A stretch of DNA of 64,000 nucleotides from an uncultured Chloroflexia bacterium (GTDB lineage: Bacteria > Chloroflexota > Limnocylindria > Limnocylindrales > CSP1-4). Shown here in pieces: positions 30,810 through 41,949 of the stretch. Within the stretch, counting starts at the first letter, position 1. Each line of letters begins with the position of its first letter. The notes under the pieces were generated by a model. That model saw only the letters and a program-made list of their open reading frames with translations, did not search any database and was not told the DNA's origin. Made by a program: the position numbers and the translations under genes. The stretch spans positions 288,001 to 352,000 of the forward strand of contig CAVTHS010000003.1 in NCBI GenBank assembly GCA_963734535.1. Reading direction: 5' to 3'.

Positions 30810-31570
30810 GCGGCATCGCTGCCCGGATGCGGTCGATCCCCACCTGGGAGATCACCCTCTTCCTGGCGCTCGTCTCGCTGGGGTTCCTCATCGCGGCCCA
30901 GGTCCGCTCGGAGGCGCCGCGGGTGCGGTACACCTCGCAGGAGCGCGCCCCGCTCATCGAGACGGCGCTCGGACTCCAGGCGCAGCAGAAGTCCCTCCAG
31001 GCGCAGATCCTCGACCTGCGCAGCCGGATCGCCTCCACCGAGGTCGCCACGCAGGGCAGCAGCGCCATCGCCACGCAGCTCAACGACGCCCTCTTCCAGG
31101 CTCGGCTCTCGGCCGGCCTGACGGCCCTCGAGGGCAACGGCCTCGTCGTCCAGCTCGAGGATGCCCTGCAGGTGTCCCAGGCGGCCGGGAGCGCCGATCT
31201 GCTGGTCACGGGGCGGGACGTCCGGACGGTCGTCGAGGAGCTCTGGCTGGCGGGCGCGGAGGCCGTGGCCGTCAACGACGAGCGTGTCGTCTCGGCCACC
31301 TCGATCATCGACATCGGGGGATCGCTGCTCGTCAACTCCGCCTACGTCGCGCCGCCATACCAGGTGAAGGCGGTTGGCCCGGCAGACATGTACGCGCAGC
31401 TGGCGGAATCGGCAAGCTGGGTCGGTTTCGTCGCGTCGCGCGCGGGCCAGAATGGGATCCGGCTTGCGATCGCGCAGCCGGCCAGCCTCCTGGTCCCTGC
31501 CTACGCGGGCTCCGTGACGATCCGCTACGCGCAGCCGCCCGCCTCTTCGGCCCCCTCGGCGAACCCGTAG
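30806..31570 (+). CDS. DUF881 protein
   Basis: TM, coiled coil, AGLTALEGNGLVVQLED, VEELWLAGAEAVAVNDERV, PPYQVKAVG. Confidence 0.88.
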   Translation: MSGIAARMRSIPTWEITLFLALVSLGFLIAAQVRSEAPRVRYTSQERAPLIETALGLQAQQKSLQAQILDLRSRIASTEVATQGSSAIATQLNDALFQARLSAGLTALEGNGLVVQLEDALQVSQAAGSADLLVTGRDVRTVVEELWLAGAEAVAVNDERVVSATSIIDIGGSLLVNSAYVAPPYQVKAVGPADMYAQLAESASWVGFVASRAGQNGIRLAIAQPASLLVPAYAGSVTIRYAQPPASSAPSANP

Positions 31571-32245
31571 ATGCGAAGCCGCGGCAGCCAGGTCGCCCTC
31601 GCCGTCGTCGCCCTGGTGCTCGGATTCCTTGTCGTCACGCAGGTCCGCAGCCAGGCCGGCGGGACGGGCCTGGAGAACCGCTCGGCGCAGGACCTGACGC
31701 TGCTCGTCGCGAATCTCAACACGCGCAACGACCAGCTTCGCGGCGAGGTGGCCGATCTCGGCCGCCAGCTCGATTCGATCGCGGCCGCGCAGGCGCGCGG
31801 CGACACGTCGGCCGGCCAGCTCCGTGACGACCTGGTCCGGGTTCGGATCTGGTCGGGAGTGGGTGCCGCCGTGGGCCAGGGCGTTCGCGTGGTGTTGCGC
31901 GGACCGGTCACGGCCGTCGTCCTCGAGGACCTGGTCAACGAGCTCCGCAACGCGGGCGCCGAGGCGATCGCCGTCGGCGGCGTGCGCGTCGTGCCGGCCA
32001 CGATCGCCGGCGGCACACCCGGATCCCTCTCCGTTGAGGACACGCCGCTCTCGGACCCGGTCGAGGTCGTCGCGATCGGCAACGCGGCCACGATGACGGG
32101 GACGCTCACCCGGGCCGGGGGGCTCGTGGCGCAGGAGATGGCAACGAACCAGGGCCTCGCGATCGAGGTCACGCCGGCGGACCGGGTCCAGGTCCCGGCC
32201 ACGGCGCGCGACCTCACGCCGCGGGTCGCCAAGCCCCGCCTTTGA
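31571..32245 (+). CDS. DUF881 protein
   Basis: LGFLVVTQVRS, GQGVRVVL, VNELRNAGAEAIAV, EVVAIG. Confidence 0.88.
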   Translation: MRSRGSQVALAVVALVLGFLVVTQVRSQAGGTGLENRSAQDLTLLVANLNTRNDQLRGEVADLGRQLDSIAAAQARGDTSAGQLRDDLVRVRIWSGVGAAVGQGVRVVLRGPVTAVVLEDLVNELRNAGAEAIAVGGVRVVPATIAGGTPGSLSVEDTPLSDPVEVVAIGNAATMTGTLTRAGGLVAQEMATNQGLAIEVTPADRVQVPATARDLTPRVAKPRL

Positions 32246-32389
32246 GCCGGGACCTCCGGGTGTTCCAGCGGCCGACGTCCGGGCCCCGGGAGATCGCTGC
32301 ACACGTCAGGCTGCCCCCATGTCCGGCGGCCGGGCGCCCCGCGTCCGGCTGGTGCTACCCTCGCGGTCGATGCACGCGATCCGCACGCC

Positions 32390-32602
32390 ATGACCCCGCC
32401 CATCCCATTCCGCCTGGGTGATCGGATCGAGCTCCGTCGACCGCACCCGTGCGGGGGCCGAACGTGGGACGTCGACCGCCTGGGAGCTGACCTGGGACTC
32501 CGCTGCGCCACGTGCGCCCGGCGCATCCTCCTCGAGCGCCGCCAGGTCGAGCGCCGCCTGGTGGCATTCGTCGTCCGCGGAGCCGAGGACGGCGGATCAT
32601 GA
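32390..32602 (+). CDS. DUF951 protein
   Basis: LGDRIELRRPHPCGG..W.V.RLGADLGLRCATC. Confidence 0.9.
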   Translation: MTPPIPFRLGDRIELRRPHPCGGRTWDVDRLGADLGLRCATCARRILLERRQVERRLVAFVVRGAEDGGS

Positions 32603-33984
32603 TCGAGCTCCCGCGCCCGACCGAGGCACCGGCGTCGGCGATCGCCGTCTTCGGGAACCGCCCCTTCCTGATCCTGTGGCTCTCGCAGGTCGCGACGCAG
32701 GTGGGCGGCAACATGGTCCTCTACGGCCTCACGGTCCTCGTCTTCACCGCGTCCGGCTCGAACAGCGCGGTCTCCATCCTGCTGATCAGCTTCCTGGCGC
32801 CTGCCGTCATCTTCGGCGCCGTCGCGGGCGTCTACGTGGACCGCTTCGATCGTCGCCTCGTGCTCGTCGCGACCAGCCTCGTCCGCGCGGTCCTGTTCTT
32901 CTTCCTCGCGCTCGTGGGCACGAATGTGGGCGTGATCCTCCTGCTGAACCTGATGGTCTCCATCGCCACCACGTTCTTTGCCCCGGCTGAGCTCAGCGTG
33001 ATCCCGCGGGTCGTCCCCCGAAGCCAGCTCACGGCGGCGAATGGCATCTTCACGCTCACGCTCAACGCGGCATTCGCGATCGGCTACACGGTCCTCGGGC
33101 CCCTGGTGGTCTCGATCGCGGGCCCCACGATCCTCATCAGCGTGGTGGCCGTCCTGTACCTGGTTTCGGCGGTTCTCTGCTGGACCCTTGCGCCGGCACC
33201 CCCGCTGCCGCTGCCCGCCGGTCACGCCACGCTGCACGACGCGGGGGTGGCGGTGAGCTCCGTGTTCGGCCAGTTCCGCGAGGGCATCCTCTACGTGCGC
33301 GCAAACCCGACCGTCTCGTGGGCGCTGACCTACCTGGGAGTGGCGGCATCGATCGTCGGGGTCCTCGGCGCGCTCGGGCCCGGGTTCGCGGTCCACGTCC
33401 TGGGCCTCACGTCGAAGGACTTCGTGGTCGTCGTGCTGCCGCTGGGGTTCGGCGTCGTCGCCGGGGTCCTCCTCGTGAACGCGATCCGCAGCATGATCCC
33501 GCGCCGGCGGGTCATCGAGATCGGCCTCGTCACCCTGGGGGTCTGCCTCGTCCTCATCACGATCGCGAACCCGATCAGCCAGCTCCTCCAGCGTGTCAGC
33601 GCAGCCCAGCCGGTGGTGGACGCATCGGCGCTCGTCTCGGTGATCTCGGTCGTGGTGTCGATCGCCTTCATCGCCGGGATCGCCTACGCGACGATCGCGA
33701 TCCCGGCCCAGACGGAGCTCCAGGAGGTGATCCCGGAGGATGTCCGCGGCCGGGTGTTCGGGATCCTGAACACGCTGGTCTCGATCGCGAGCTTCCTGCC
33801 GATCATCATCGTCGGGCCCGTCTCGGACGCGTTCGGCCCCGCGCCCGTGCTCCTGGCCGCCGCGGGCCTGGTCGGCCTGAGCGGCGTCGGCTCGATCGTC
33901 TTCAGGGGGCGCCCCCCACGGACGCCACCGGCCACCCCGGACGACGAAAGCCAGGTTCCCGGCCCCTCGCCCGACGAGCCTTGA
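32599..33984 (+). CDS. MFS transporter
   Basis: NRPFLILWLSQ, AGVYVDRFDRR, FFAPAE, DVRGRVFG; about 12 TMs. Confidence 0.92.
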   Translation: MIELPRPTEAPASAIAVFGNRPFLILWLSQVATQVGGNMVLYGLTVLVFTASGSNSAVSILLISFLAPAVIFGAVAGVYVDRFDRRLVLVATSLVRAVLFFFLALVGTNVGVILLLNLMVSIATTFFAPAELSVIPRVVPRSQLTAANGIFTLTLNAAFAIGYTVLGPLVVSIAGPTILISVVAVLYLVSAVLCWTLAPAPPLPLPAGHATLHDAGVAVSSVFGQFREGILYVRANPTVSWALTYLGVAASIVGVLGALGPGFAVHVLGLTSKDFVVVVLPLGFGVVAGVLLVNAIRSMIPRRRVIEIGLVTLGVCLVLITIANPISQLLQRVSAAQPVVDASALVSVISVVVSIAFIAGIAYATIAIPAQTELQEVIPEDVRGRVFGILNTLVSIASFLPIIIVGPVSDAFGPAPVLLAAAGLVGLSGVGSIVFRGRPPRTPPATPDDESQVPGPSPDEP

Positions 33985-34985
33985 TCCGGACGAGGACCCC
34001 GATCCCGCGGGTCGCGGTGATCTTCACCGGCGGGACGATCAGCATGCGCTTCGATTCCGCGGCCGGCGGGGCCGTCCCGGTGCTCGGGGGCACGGACCTC
34101 CTTGCCCTTGCTCCCGGCATCGAGGCGATCGCGGAGATCGACCCGGTCGACCGCGGGCGGACCCCCGCCAGCCACTTCTCGTTCGCGGACGTCCTGGCGA
34201 TCGGCGCCGCGGTCGAGGCGGCCCTGGTGGATCCGAGCGTCGCCGGCGTGGTGGTGGTCCAGGGGACCGACACGCTGGAGGAGACGGCCTTCGCCTGGGA
34301 CCTTTGCCACGGGGACCCACGGCCGGTCGTCGTGACGGGCGCGATGCGCAACGCAAGCGATGCCGGCTGGGATGGTCCGGCGAACCTCCGCGGTGCCGTG
34401 CGGGTCGCGGTCCACCCGGCGGCCCGGGGCGCAGGCGTGCTCGTGGTCCTTGCCGGGCGGGTCATCGCGGCCGACGACGTGGCCAAGCGCCACAGCACGG
34501 CGCTCGATGCCTTTGCGAGTCGTGCCGGCCGGCCACTCGGAAGGGCAGGGGAGCGGCGCGTCTCCCTCGGCCCGCGGGGACCCCGACGCCACCTTGACCC
34601 CGTGCCGGCCGCGCCCGGTGGCCCCGTCGAGATCGTGACCGCTGCCCTGGACACGGACGGCCGCGCCCTCGATCGTGCGGTCGCGGCCGGGGCGCGCGCC
34701 GCGGTGGTCGCGGCGACCGGGTCCGGCAACACGCACCCTGACCTCCTGCGCGCCGCCGTCGACGCGATGTCCGCGGGAATCCCGGTGGCCCTCGCGAGCC
34801 GGACGGGCGCCGGTCCCGTCGGTCCGTTCTACGCGTTTCCGGGGGGCGGCACAACGTGGCAGCGCGCCGGCATCCTCATGGCGGGCTCGCTCACCCCGAT
34901 CCAGGCGCGCGTCGCGCTCGCGCTGGGCCTGGGGGCCGGGCTGCCGATGGAAGGGCTCCGGGCTCTCCTGGCGGACCCTGCCTGA
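33981..34985 (+). CDS. Asparaginase
   Basis: FTGGTISM, VVQGTDTLEETA, VTGAMR, DGPANL, GSGN. Confidence 0.92.
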   Translation: MIRTRTPIPRVAVIFTGGTISMRFDSAAGGAVPVLGGTDLLALAPGIEAIAEIDPVDRGRTPASHFSFADVLAIGAAVEAALVDPSVAGVVVVQGTDTLEETAFAWDLCHGDPRPVVVTGAMRNASDAGWDGPANLRGAVRVAVHPAARGAGVLVVLAGRVIAADDVAKRHSTALDAFASRAGRPLGRAGERRVSLGPRGPRRHLDPVPAAPGGPVEIVTAALDTDGRALDRAVAAGARAAVVAATGSGNTHPDLLRAAVDAMSAGIPVALASRTGAGPVGPFYAFPGGGTTWQRAGILMAGSLTPIQARVALALGLGAGLPMEGLRALLADPA

Positions 34986-35050
34986 CGCCGCCCACGGGAC
35001 GAGCGCGGCACGCTATCCTCGCCCCCGAGTCTCACCCCAGGAGGACCCAC

Positions 35051-35386
35051 GTGACCAGCGGCATGACCCCGGCGAAACACGAGCTGAACCACCGCCTCGA
35101 GACCATCAGCTGGGGCCTGTTCCTGATCATGCTTGGCGGCTTTGCGCTGCTCCCGTCGGTGAAGGAGGGCACCTGGCTGATCGGCGCGGGCGTGATCATG
35201 CTGGGCCTGAACGCCGTCCGCCTCGCGCTCGGCATCCGGACCAGCGGGTTCACGGTGATCCTGGGGACGGTTGCGCTCCTGGCCGGCATCGGGAGCGTCT
35301 ACGGCGTCGACATCCCGGTCGGACCGCTGCTCATCATCCTGATCGGGCTCGCGATCATCGTCCGCGCGCTCGACCGCTCGCGCTGA
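35051..35386 (+). CDS. Small 4-TM membrane protein
   Basis: GGAGGA SD; ISWGLFLIMLGG..WLIGAGVIMLGLNAVR..LLIILIGLAII. Confidence 0.75.
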   Translation: MTSGMTPAKHELNHRLETISWGLFLIMLGGFALLPSVKEGTWLIGAGVIMLGLNAVRLALGIRTSGFTVILGTVALLAGIGSVYGVDIPVGPLLIILIGLAIIVRALDRSR

Positions 35387-35452
35387 CGGACCCGCTGACG
35401 GTCGCGCCCTTCCCGGGCGGACCGGCGATGTCCGGCGCGATCGCGGATGGGC

Positions 35453-38203
35453 TCAGCGAGGCAGCGGCAGCTCGATCCGGATCTTCGCGTCGATCACGAC
35501 CGCACCCTGCTCCAGCACCATCAGCGGGCTGCAGTCCATCTCGACGATCTCGGGGTGCGCCTCCACCATCGCGCTGACGCGGAGGAGCGTCTCCTCGAGG
35601 GCGGCGACATCGGCGCGCGGCGCGCTCCGATAGCCGTCGAGCAGCGGGAACGTGGCGAGCGACCGGATCATCTCCCGCGCGTCCCGGTCGGTCAGCGGGG
35701 TGATGCGCACGGCGACGTCCCGCAGCAGCTCGACCTCGGCACCGCCTGCGCCGCACGCGATGACCGGTCCGAACAGCCGGTCGTGGACGACGCCGACGAG
35801 CATCTCCACGCCGCCGGCCACCATCTGCTGGACGAAGAAGCGCTCGACCGGGTGCCCGGCGGCGGCGAGCGTCGCCGCCATGCCGCGCGCAGCCTCCTCG
35901 ACCGCGGCAGCTCCCTCGAGGGAGAGCATCACGGCGCGTGCCTCGGCCTTGTGGACGATCCCGGTCGCGACGGCCTTCAGGGCGACCGGCCCGCCGATCT
36001 CGGCCGCCGCGCGCCCGGCATCCTCGGCCGTGTCCACGAGACGCCAGCTCGCCGTGGGGATCCCGTAGCACTCCAACAGGCGGGCGACCTCGTCCGGTCG
36101 CAGCCAGCGCGAACGGCCGTTCCCCGGGGTGCCTGCGATGGACGAGCCGGCCAGCGTCCCTCCCGCGCCGGGCTCGCCCGGGTCGATCTGCGCCAGGGCG
36201 GCGGCCAGCGCCGCTGCTGCCTGGTCCTCGCGGAGGTCGGCGAAGTGAGGGACGCTGCCGAGCGGCGCCGCCCGCCATTCGGCGTAGCGCACGGCGTGGG
36301 CGAGCGCCCGGGCCGCCTCCTCCGGGTAGCTGTACGCGGGCACCTTGACGGGGCCATCGCGAAGGGCGCGCGGCCCCCCTTCGGCCGACATGAACACGGT
36401 GAGCACGGGGACCGGCCGCGGAAGGTCCAGCACGGCGTCGCGGATCGCGGCCGCCACGTCCTCGGTCTTCGTGACCAGCGGGGGGACGAACAGGACGATG
36501 ATCGCGTCGATCCCCTCCCAGGCGGCGAGGACCTCGATGGCGCGGCGAAACGCGTCCGGTGTCCCTTCGATCGTGTCCACGGGATTGCCGAGGGCTGCCT
36601 CGGCGGGCAGGAACTCCGCGAGCGCAGCTCGGACCTCGGCGGGCAGCGCCGGCACGACCAGGCCGTCCGCGTCGCAGGCATCGGCGGCCAGGATCCCCGG
36701 GCCGCCGCCGTTCGTGAGGATCGCGACCCGCCGCCCGGCGGGAAGCGGCTGGTTCGCGAGCAGGGAGGCCACGTCGAAGAACTCGCCCAGCGTGTCGGTT
36801 CGAACGACGCCTGCCTGGTGGAAGAGGGCCTCGACGGTCACGTCCGACGCGCCGATCAGCGCCCCGGTGTGCGAGGACGTGGCCCGCGCCCCGGCGGCCG
36901 ACCGGCCGCTCTTGACGGCGATGATCGGTTTGCTGCGCCCGACCCGTCGCGCGATCCGGGCGAACTTGCGGGGGTTTCCCACCGACTCGAGGTAGAGGGC
37001 AAGGACCGCGCTGGCCGGGTCGTCCTCCCAGTACTGGAGGAAGTCGTTGCCCGAGAGGTCGGCCTTGTTGCCGATCGAGATGAAGCTGGAGAGGCCGAGC
37101 CCCAGGCGGTTGGCGTGCTCGATGATCGCCAGGCCGAGGGCGCCGCTCTGCGACAGGAAGCCGACCCGGCCGCCGATCGGCGCGGTCGGCGAGAACGTCG
37201 CGTTCATGCTCACCGACGGCGCGAGGTTGATGACGCCCATGCAGTTCGGCCCGACGAGGCGCATCCCCGCCTGGCGACAGACGGCGAGGAGCTCCCGTTG
37301 CCGGGCGATGCCCTCCCCGCCGATCTCCGCGAACCCGGGCGAGACGACGACGATCGTCTTGACGCCCTTGCCTGCGCAGCCGCGGGCGACGTCCACGGCC
37401 GAGGTCGCCGGGACCACGAGCACCGCGAGGTCCACGGGGCCGGGGATGTCGCCGATCGCGCGGTAGGCTGCCACCGACTGGACGACGTCGGCATTGGGGT
37501 TGACGGGATAGACCGGCCCGGTGAAGCCGCCGCTCAACAGGTTGTGGAAGAGCTCGCCGCCGATGGTCCCGCGGCGGCGCGACGCCCCCACCACGGCCAC
37601 CGAGGCGGGGTAGAGCAGGCCGTGAACCGCCGCGGCGGCCGCGATCTGCTCGCGGCGCTCGAAGCGCTCGCGTGCCGGGCCGGTGAGCGCGGTCGGGAAC
37701 TCCACGAGGACGGCCCCCGGCTCGGCTCGCAGGCGCGTCGGGAAGCCGCTCTCGTGGAAGACCCGGAGCATCCGGCCGTTCTCGGCCAGGACGTCGGCGG
37801 AGAACGTGGAGATGCCCGCCTCCTGCGCCCGCTCGGCGAGCTCCTCGAGCAGCAGCGTCGCGATGCCACGGCCCTGCAGCTCGTCGGCCACGATGAACGC
37901 GACTTCCGCCGAGTCCGGCCCGATCCGGTCGTAGCTGGCGTGGGCGATGATCCGGTCGGCGATCCCGGTCTCGGCAACCAGCGAGCAGCCTGCCGGGTCG
38001 GCAGGAGCTGCCCACCGGAGCGCCTGGGCCTCCAGGTCCGAGACAAGGCCGGCGAAGCGCATGCGGCGCGACTCGGGGGCAAGCCCGGTGAGGAAGGCCA
38101 CGAGCGCCGGCTCGTCCTCCGGGCGCGCCGGGCGAATGCGGATCGCCGACCCGTCCCGGAGGATGGTGTCGCGCGCGCGGTCCCGTGAAGTCGCGGTGCT
38201 CAT
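35453..38203 (-). CDS. GNAT / NDP-forming acyl-CoA synthetase fusion (Pat-type protein lysine acetyltransferase)
   Basis: N-terminal GNAT (LRDGSAIRIRP, AEVAFIVADELQGRGIAT); CoA-binding (VAVVGAS, YPVNP, RLVGPNCMG, SQSGALG, SIGNKAD, SHTGAL); C-terminal ATP-grasp. Confidence 0.92.
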   Translation of the reverse strand: MSTATSRDRARDTILRDGSAIRIRPARPEDEPALVAFLTGLAPESRRMRFAGLVSDLEAQALRWAAPADPAGCSLVAETGIADRIIAHASYDRIGPDSAEVAFIVADELQGRGIATLLLEELAERAQEAGISTFSADVLAENGRMLRVFHESGFPTRLRAEPGAVLVEFPTALTGPARERFERREQIAAAAAVHGLLYPASVAVVGASRRRGTIGGELFHNLLSGGFTGPVYPVNPNADVVQSVAAYRAIGDIPGPVDLAVLVVPATSAVDVARGCAGKGVKTIVVVSPGFAEIGGEGIARQRELLAVCRQAGMRLVGPNCMGVINLAPSVSMNATFSPTAPIGGRVGFLSQSGALGLAIIEHANRLGLGLSSFISIGNKADLSGNDFLQYWEDDPASAVLALYLESVGNPRKFARIARRVGRSKPIIAVKSGRSAAGARATSSHTGALIGASDVTVEALFHQAGVVRTDTLGEFFDVASLLANQPLPAGRRVAILTNGGGPGILAADACDADGLVVPALPAEVRAALAEFLPAEAALGNPVDTIEGTPDAFRRAIEVLAAWEGIDAIIVLFVPPLVTKTEDVAAAIRDAVLDLPRPVPVLTVFMSAEGGPRALRDGPVKVPAYSYPEEAARALAHAVRYAEWRAAPLGSVPHFADLREDQAAAALAAALAQIDPGEPGAGGTLAGSSIAGTPGNGRSRWLRPDEVARLLECYGIPTASWRLVDTAEDAGRAAAEIGGPVALKAVATGIVHKAEARAVMLSLEGAAAVEEAARGMAATLAAAGHPVERFFVQQMVAGGVEMLVGVVHDRLFGPVIACGAGGAEVELLRDVAVRITPLTDRDAREMIRSLATFPLLDGYRSAPRADVAALEETLLRVSAMVEAHPEIVEMDCSPLMVLEQGAVVIDAKIRIELPLPR

Positions 38204-38331
38204 GGCGTTGCCTGCCATTCTCCGGCAGCGCGACCCATCTCGCTATAGTCTCGCGACATCGGTCGAGGCGCTCCGCTCGCGGTGGCCGACCCCGGTCCGC
38301 ATGGCCAGCGAAGGAGCGAAACCGAGCGCCC

Positions 38332-39510
38332 GTGCACGACACGAATGCAGAACGTGCCCAGCCCCTGGTGGTCTACGGCGCGGCTTCTCTCCACTACGAT
38401 TTCGGCAGCCACCACCCGCTGACGCCGCGGCGATTCGGTCCCGGGATCGACCTCCTGCGCGTCCTCGGCGCCGACCGCTTCCTGGCCCCGGCGGCGGTCC
38501 CGGACTCCCAGCTCGAGCGCGTGCACGACCCGGAATACGTGGCGACGGTGCGGATGCTGTCCGAGTACCCCGACGTCGGCCCGCAGGCTGGCTTCGCATC
38601 GTGGGGGGACGATCCGCCCTTCTACGGCATGCACGAGGCGGCGGCCGCAGTGGCCGGCGGATCGCTGGCCGCGATGGAGCGGATCCTGGACGGGGAGGAG
38701 GTCCACGTCTTCCATCCGGGCGGCGGCCTCCATCACGCGATGCCCGGTCGTGCCAGCGGGTTCTGCATCTACAACGACGTTGCGCTGGCCATCGGTCGGG
38801 CCAGGGACGCCGGTCACCGGGTGCTCTACGTGGACCTCGACGTCCACCATGGCGACGGCGTCGAAGCGATCTTCTGGAACGACCCCAAGGTCCTGACCGT
38901 CTCGCTCCACGAGACGGGCCACTCGCTCTTCCCGGGAACCGGCTTCGTCGACGACCGTGGCGGTCCCCGGGCGCACGGGGCCGCCGTCAACGTTCCCCTC
39001 GAGCCGGGCACGGCCGACGCGTCCTGGCTCGAGGCGCTCGAGATGCTGCTCGCGCCGCTCGCCGCCGCGTTCCGGCCGACCATCCTGGTCAGCCAGCACG
39101 GCTGCGACAGCCACCTCCTGGATCCGCTTGCACACCTGCGCCTGGGCACGGGGGCGATCTCTCGTGCCGCCCGGCTGCTCGACGGGCTCGCTCACGAGCA
39201 CACATCAGGGCGCTGGCTGGCGACCGGCGGTGGGGGTTACGACGTCTATCGCGTCGTCCCGCGCGCCTGGGGGCTGGTCTGGCTGGCACTGGCCCATCGG
39301 GACGTCCCGTCCGGCACGCCGGGGGCGTGGCGATCACGCTGGGCCGCCGACGCGGCGTCGCATCGGCAGGGTCCGCCGCCGGAAGCATGGATCGATCCGC
39401 CGGGGCTCGCGCCCCTGGAGTCGCCCGACCTCGCCGTGCGTAATCGCGAGGTGGCCCGGTCCGCGCTCGCCGGGGCGCTCACTGCCCTCGCCGCCTCGGA
39501 CGCCGGCTGA
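38332..39510 (+). CDS. acuC: AcuC / Zn-dependent HDAC-family deacetylase
   Basis: [58 protein letters not shown]. Confidence 0.93.
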   Translation: MHDTNAERAQPLVVYGAASLHYDFGSHHPLTPRRFGPGIDLLRVLGADRFLAPAAVPDSQLERVHDPEYVATVRMLSEYPDVGPQAGFASWGDDPPFYGMHEAAAAVAGGSLAAMERILDGEEVHVFHPGGGLHHAMPGRASGFCIYNDVALAIGRARDAGHRVLYVDLDVHHGDGVEAIFWNDPKVLTVSLHETGHSLFPGTGFVDDRGGPRAHGAAVNVPLEPGTADASWLEALEMLLAPLAAAFRPTILVSQHGCDSHLLDPLAHLRLGTGAISRAARLLDGLAHEHTSGRWLATGGGGYDVYRVVPRAWGLVWLALAHRDVPSGTPGAWRSRWAADAASHRQGPPPEAWIDPPGLAPLESPDLAVRNREVARSALAGALTALAASDAG

Positions 39511-39595
39511 GGCCGAACTCCGCCCGCAGCGACCCGGCACGCGCAGCCGGTCCGCGTCCTGCGCGCGGCGTCATCCATGCGTGCGTGCGCACTTC

Positions 39596-39623
39596 TTGAC
39601 ATGGCGACCCGACGGGCTAGTCT
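39596..39623 (+). promoter_or_regulatory. Sigma70-type promoter for acs
   Basis: TTGACA-16 nt-TAGTCT. Confidence 0.6.
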
Positions 39624-39715
39624 TTCGGCGTGGCGCGTCCCGGCGCCCGCGTGCGACGCGTCCCGGCCGCCGGGCCGCGACCCCCAGATCCAGGCCCGTT
39701 GTCGGAGGCGGCTGC

Positions 39716-41683
39716 ATGAGCGCGATCCAGCCCGAGATCGAGGCCCTCTTCGCCGAGCAGCGAGAGTTCGCCCCGCCGCCCGACTTCGCGGCGCAGGCCA
39801 ACGCAACATCCGAGCTCTACCAGCGGGCAGAGCAGGACGTCGAGGCGTTCTGGGCGGCCGAGGCGGAACAGCGCCTCAGCTGGTCGCGCACGTGGGATAC
39901 CGTTCTCGAGTGGGACCTGCCGTACGCGAAGTGGTTCGTGGGCGGCCATCTCAACGCCGCCTACAACTGCGTCGACCGTCACGTGGAGCGCGGCATCGGA
40001 TCGAAGGTCGCGTATTACTGGGAGGGCGAGCCCGGTGACACGCGGACCATTACCTACGCCGAGCTCCAGCGCGAGGTGAACCGCTGCGCCAACGCGCTGA
40101 CGGGGCTCGGCGTGAAGGCTGGCGACCGCGTCGGCATCTACATGCCGATGATCCCGGAGCTGCCGATCGCGATGCTGGCCTGCGCGAAGATCGGCGCTCC
40201 GCACGTCGTCGTCTTCGGCGGGTTCAGCTCCGATGCGCTCGAGGGCCGGATGATCGACGCGGAGGCAGTGGCGCTCATCACCGCGGATGGTGGCTGGCGC
40301 AACGGCAAGGTCCTGGACCTGAAGACGGCCGCGGACGTCGCGGTGAGCAACGCACCCACGATCGCAAGCGTGATCGTCGTTCGGCGGACCGGGCACGCGA
40401 TCCCCATGACCGAAGGCCGGGATCACTGGTGGCACGACCTGGTGGAGCGCCAGTCGGACCAGTGCGAGCCGCTCGCCGTCGATTCCGAGCACCTGCTCTA
40501 CCTGCTCCACACCTCGGGAACGACCGCCAAGCCGAAGGGAATCATGCACACGACCGGCGGCTACCTGGCCGGCGTGAGCACCACCCACCACTACATCTTT
40601 GACCTCAAGCCGGACGACGTGTACTGGTGCGCGGCCGACATCGGCTGGGTCACCGGTCACTCGTACATCGTCTACGGGCCGCTCGCCAACGGGACCACCG
40701 GCCTGCTCTACGAGGGCGCGCCCCAGTTCCCGGATCCCGATCGGTGGTGGTCGATCGTGGAGAAGTACCGGGTCTCGATCCTGTACTGCGCCCCGACGGC
40801 CATCCGCGCCTTCATGAAGCATGGCGACGCATGGCCCGCCAGGCACGACCTCACCTCGCTGCGCCTGCTTGGAACGGTCGGCGAGCCCATCAATCCGGAA
40901 GCCTGGCTGTGGTATCGACGCACCATCGGCGGGGATCGCTGCCCCGTGGTCGACACCTGGTGGCAGACCGAGACCGGGATGATCCTGATCACCCCGCTCC
41001 CGGGGGTCACGACCCTGCGGCCGGGCTCCGCGACGCGACCGTTTCCCGGGGTCGGGGCGAAGGTCGTGGACGCCGATGGGAATGACGTCCCGGACGGATC
41101 GGGTGGGGGATACCTCGTGCTCACGCAGCCGTGGCCCGCCATGGCGCGCGGGATCTACAAGGATCCCGAACGTTTCATGAGCACCTACTGGCGCCGATTC
41201 CCGGGGATGTACTTCGCGGGCGACGGCTGCAAAGTCGATGCCGACGGCTACTTCTGGCTCCTCGGCCGCGTCGACGACGTGATGAAGGTGTCGGGCCACC
41301 GGATCAGCACGATCGAGGTCGAATCGGCGCTCGTCGACCACCCTGCCGTCGCCGAGGCGGCGGTGGTGGGGCGGGCCGATCCGGTCACCGGCGAGGCGAT
41401 CTCGGCGTTCGTCATCCTGAAGTCGCACATCGAGGCGAGCGAGGGGCTCGCCGCGGAGCTCCGCGAGCATGTCGCCCACCGGATCGGAGCAATCGCCCGG
41501 CCGAAGATGCTGCTGTTCACCCCGGAGCTGCCAAAGACGCGGTCCGGCAAGATCATGCGGCGGCTGCTGCGGGACATCGCGGAGCATCGGGCCCTCGGCG
41601 ACGTGACCACGCTGGCGGACGCGGGGATCGTGGAGACGATCCGGGTGAAGGCCGACTCGAAGGACGCCGACCAGCTCGTCTGA
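39716..41683 (+). CDS. acs: Acetyl-CoA synthetase (AMP-forming)
   Basis: [68 protein letters not shown]. Confidence 0.97.
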   Translation: MSAIQPEIEALFAEQREFAPPPDFAAQANATSELYQRAEQDVEAFWAAEAEQRLSWSRTWDTVLEWDLPYAKWFVGGHLNAAYNCVDRHVERGIGSKVAYYWEGEPGDTRTITYAELQREVNRCANALTGLGVKAGDRVGIYMPMIPELPIAMLACAKIGAPHVVVFGGFSSDALEGRMIDAEAVALITADGGWRNGKVLDLKTAADVAVSNAPTIASVIVVRRTGHAIPMTEGRDHWWHDLVERQSDQCEPLAVDSEHLLYLLHTSGTTAKPKGIMHTTGGYLAGVSTTHHYIFDLKPDDVYWCAADIGWVTGHSYIVYGPLANGTTGLLYEGAPQFPDPDRWWSIVEKYRVSILYCAPTAIRAFMKHGDAWPARHDLTSLRLLGTVGEPINPEAWLWYRRTIGGDRCPVVDTWWQTETGMILITPLPGVTTLRPGSATRPFPGVGAKVVDADGNDVPDGSGGGYLVLTQPWPAMARGIYKDPERFMSTYWRRFPGMYFAGDGCKVDADGYFWLLGRVDDVMKVSGHRISTIEVESALVDHPAVAEAAVVGRADPVTGEAISAFVILKSHIEASEGLAAELREHVAHRIGAIARPKMLLFTPELPKTRSGKIMRRLLRDIAEHRALGDVTTLADAGIVETIRVKADSKDADQLV

Positions 41684-41949
41684 CCGGGGACGGCGCCGGT
41701 GGTCGCGGCCAGGCGTGACCACCTTGATGGGCCACCGGGATCGAGCCGCGTCCCGCTTGCTGGCCGTGCACCGGGTGAGCCCTCGGACCGCCGGGGCGTC
41801 CCGGAGCGCCTGACCTGCGTCACGACGTGTACCGCGCGACCGCTGGGCGGTCGTTCGGGTCACGCGGTGAGCAATTTCATCCTGATTGGGGTCCCCGCCG
41901 GTCGCAGGGGTCACTCGGTGCACGCGTCCTCTCGCCGCGCGCCGGCTCT

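Noticed and set aside
40588-40603. NrdR-box-like CCACTACATCTTTGAC
   Set aside because: Inside acs coding sequence (HYIFD); half match only.
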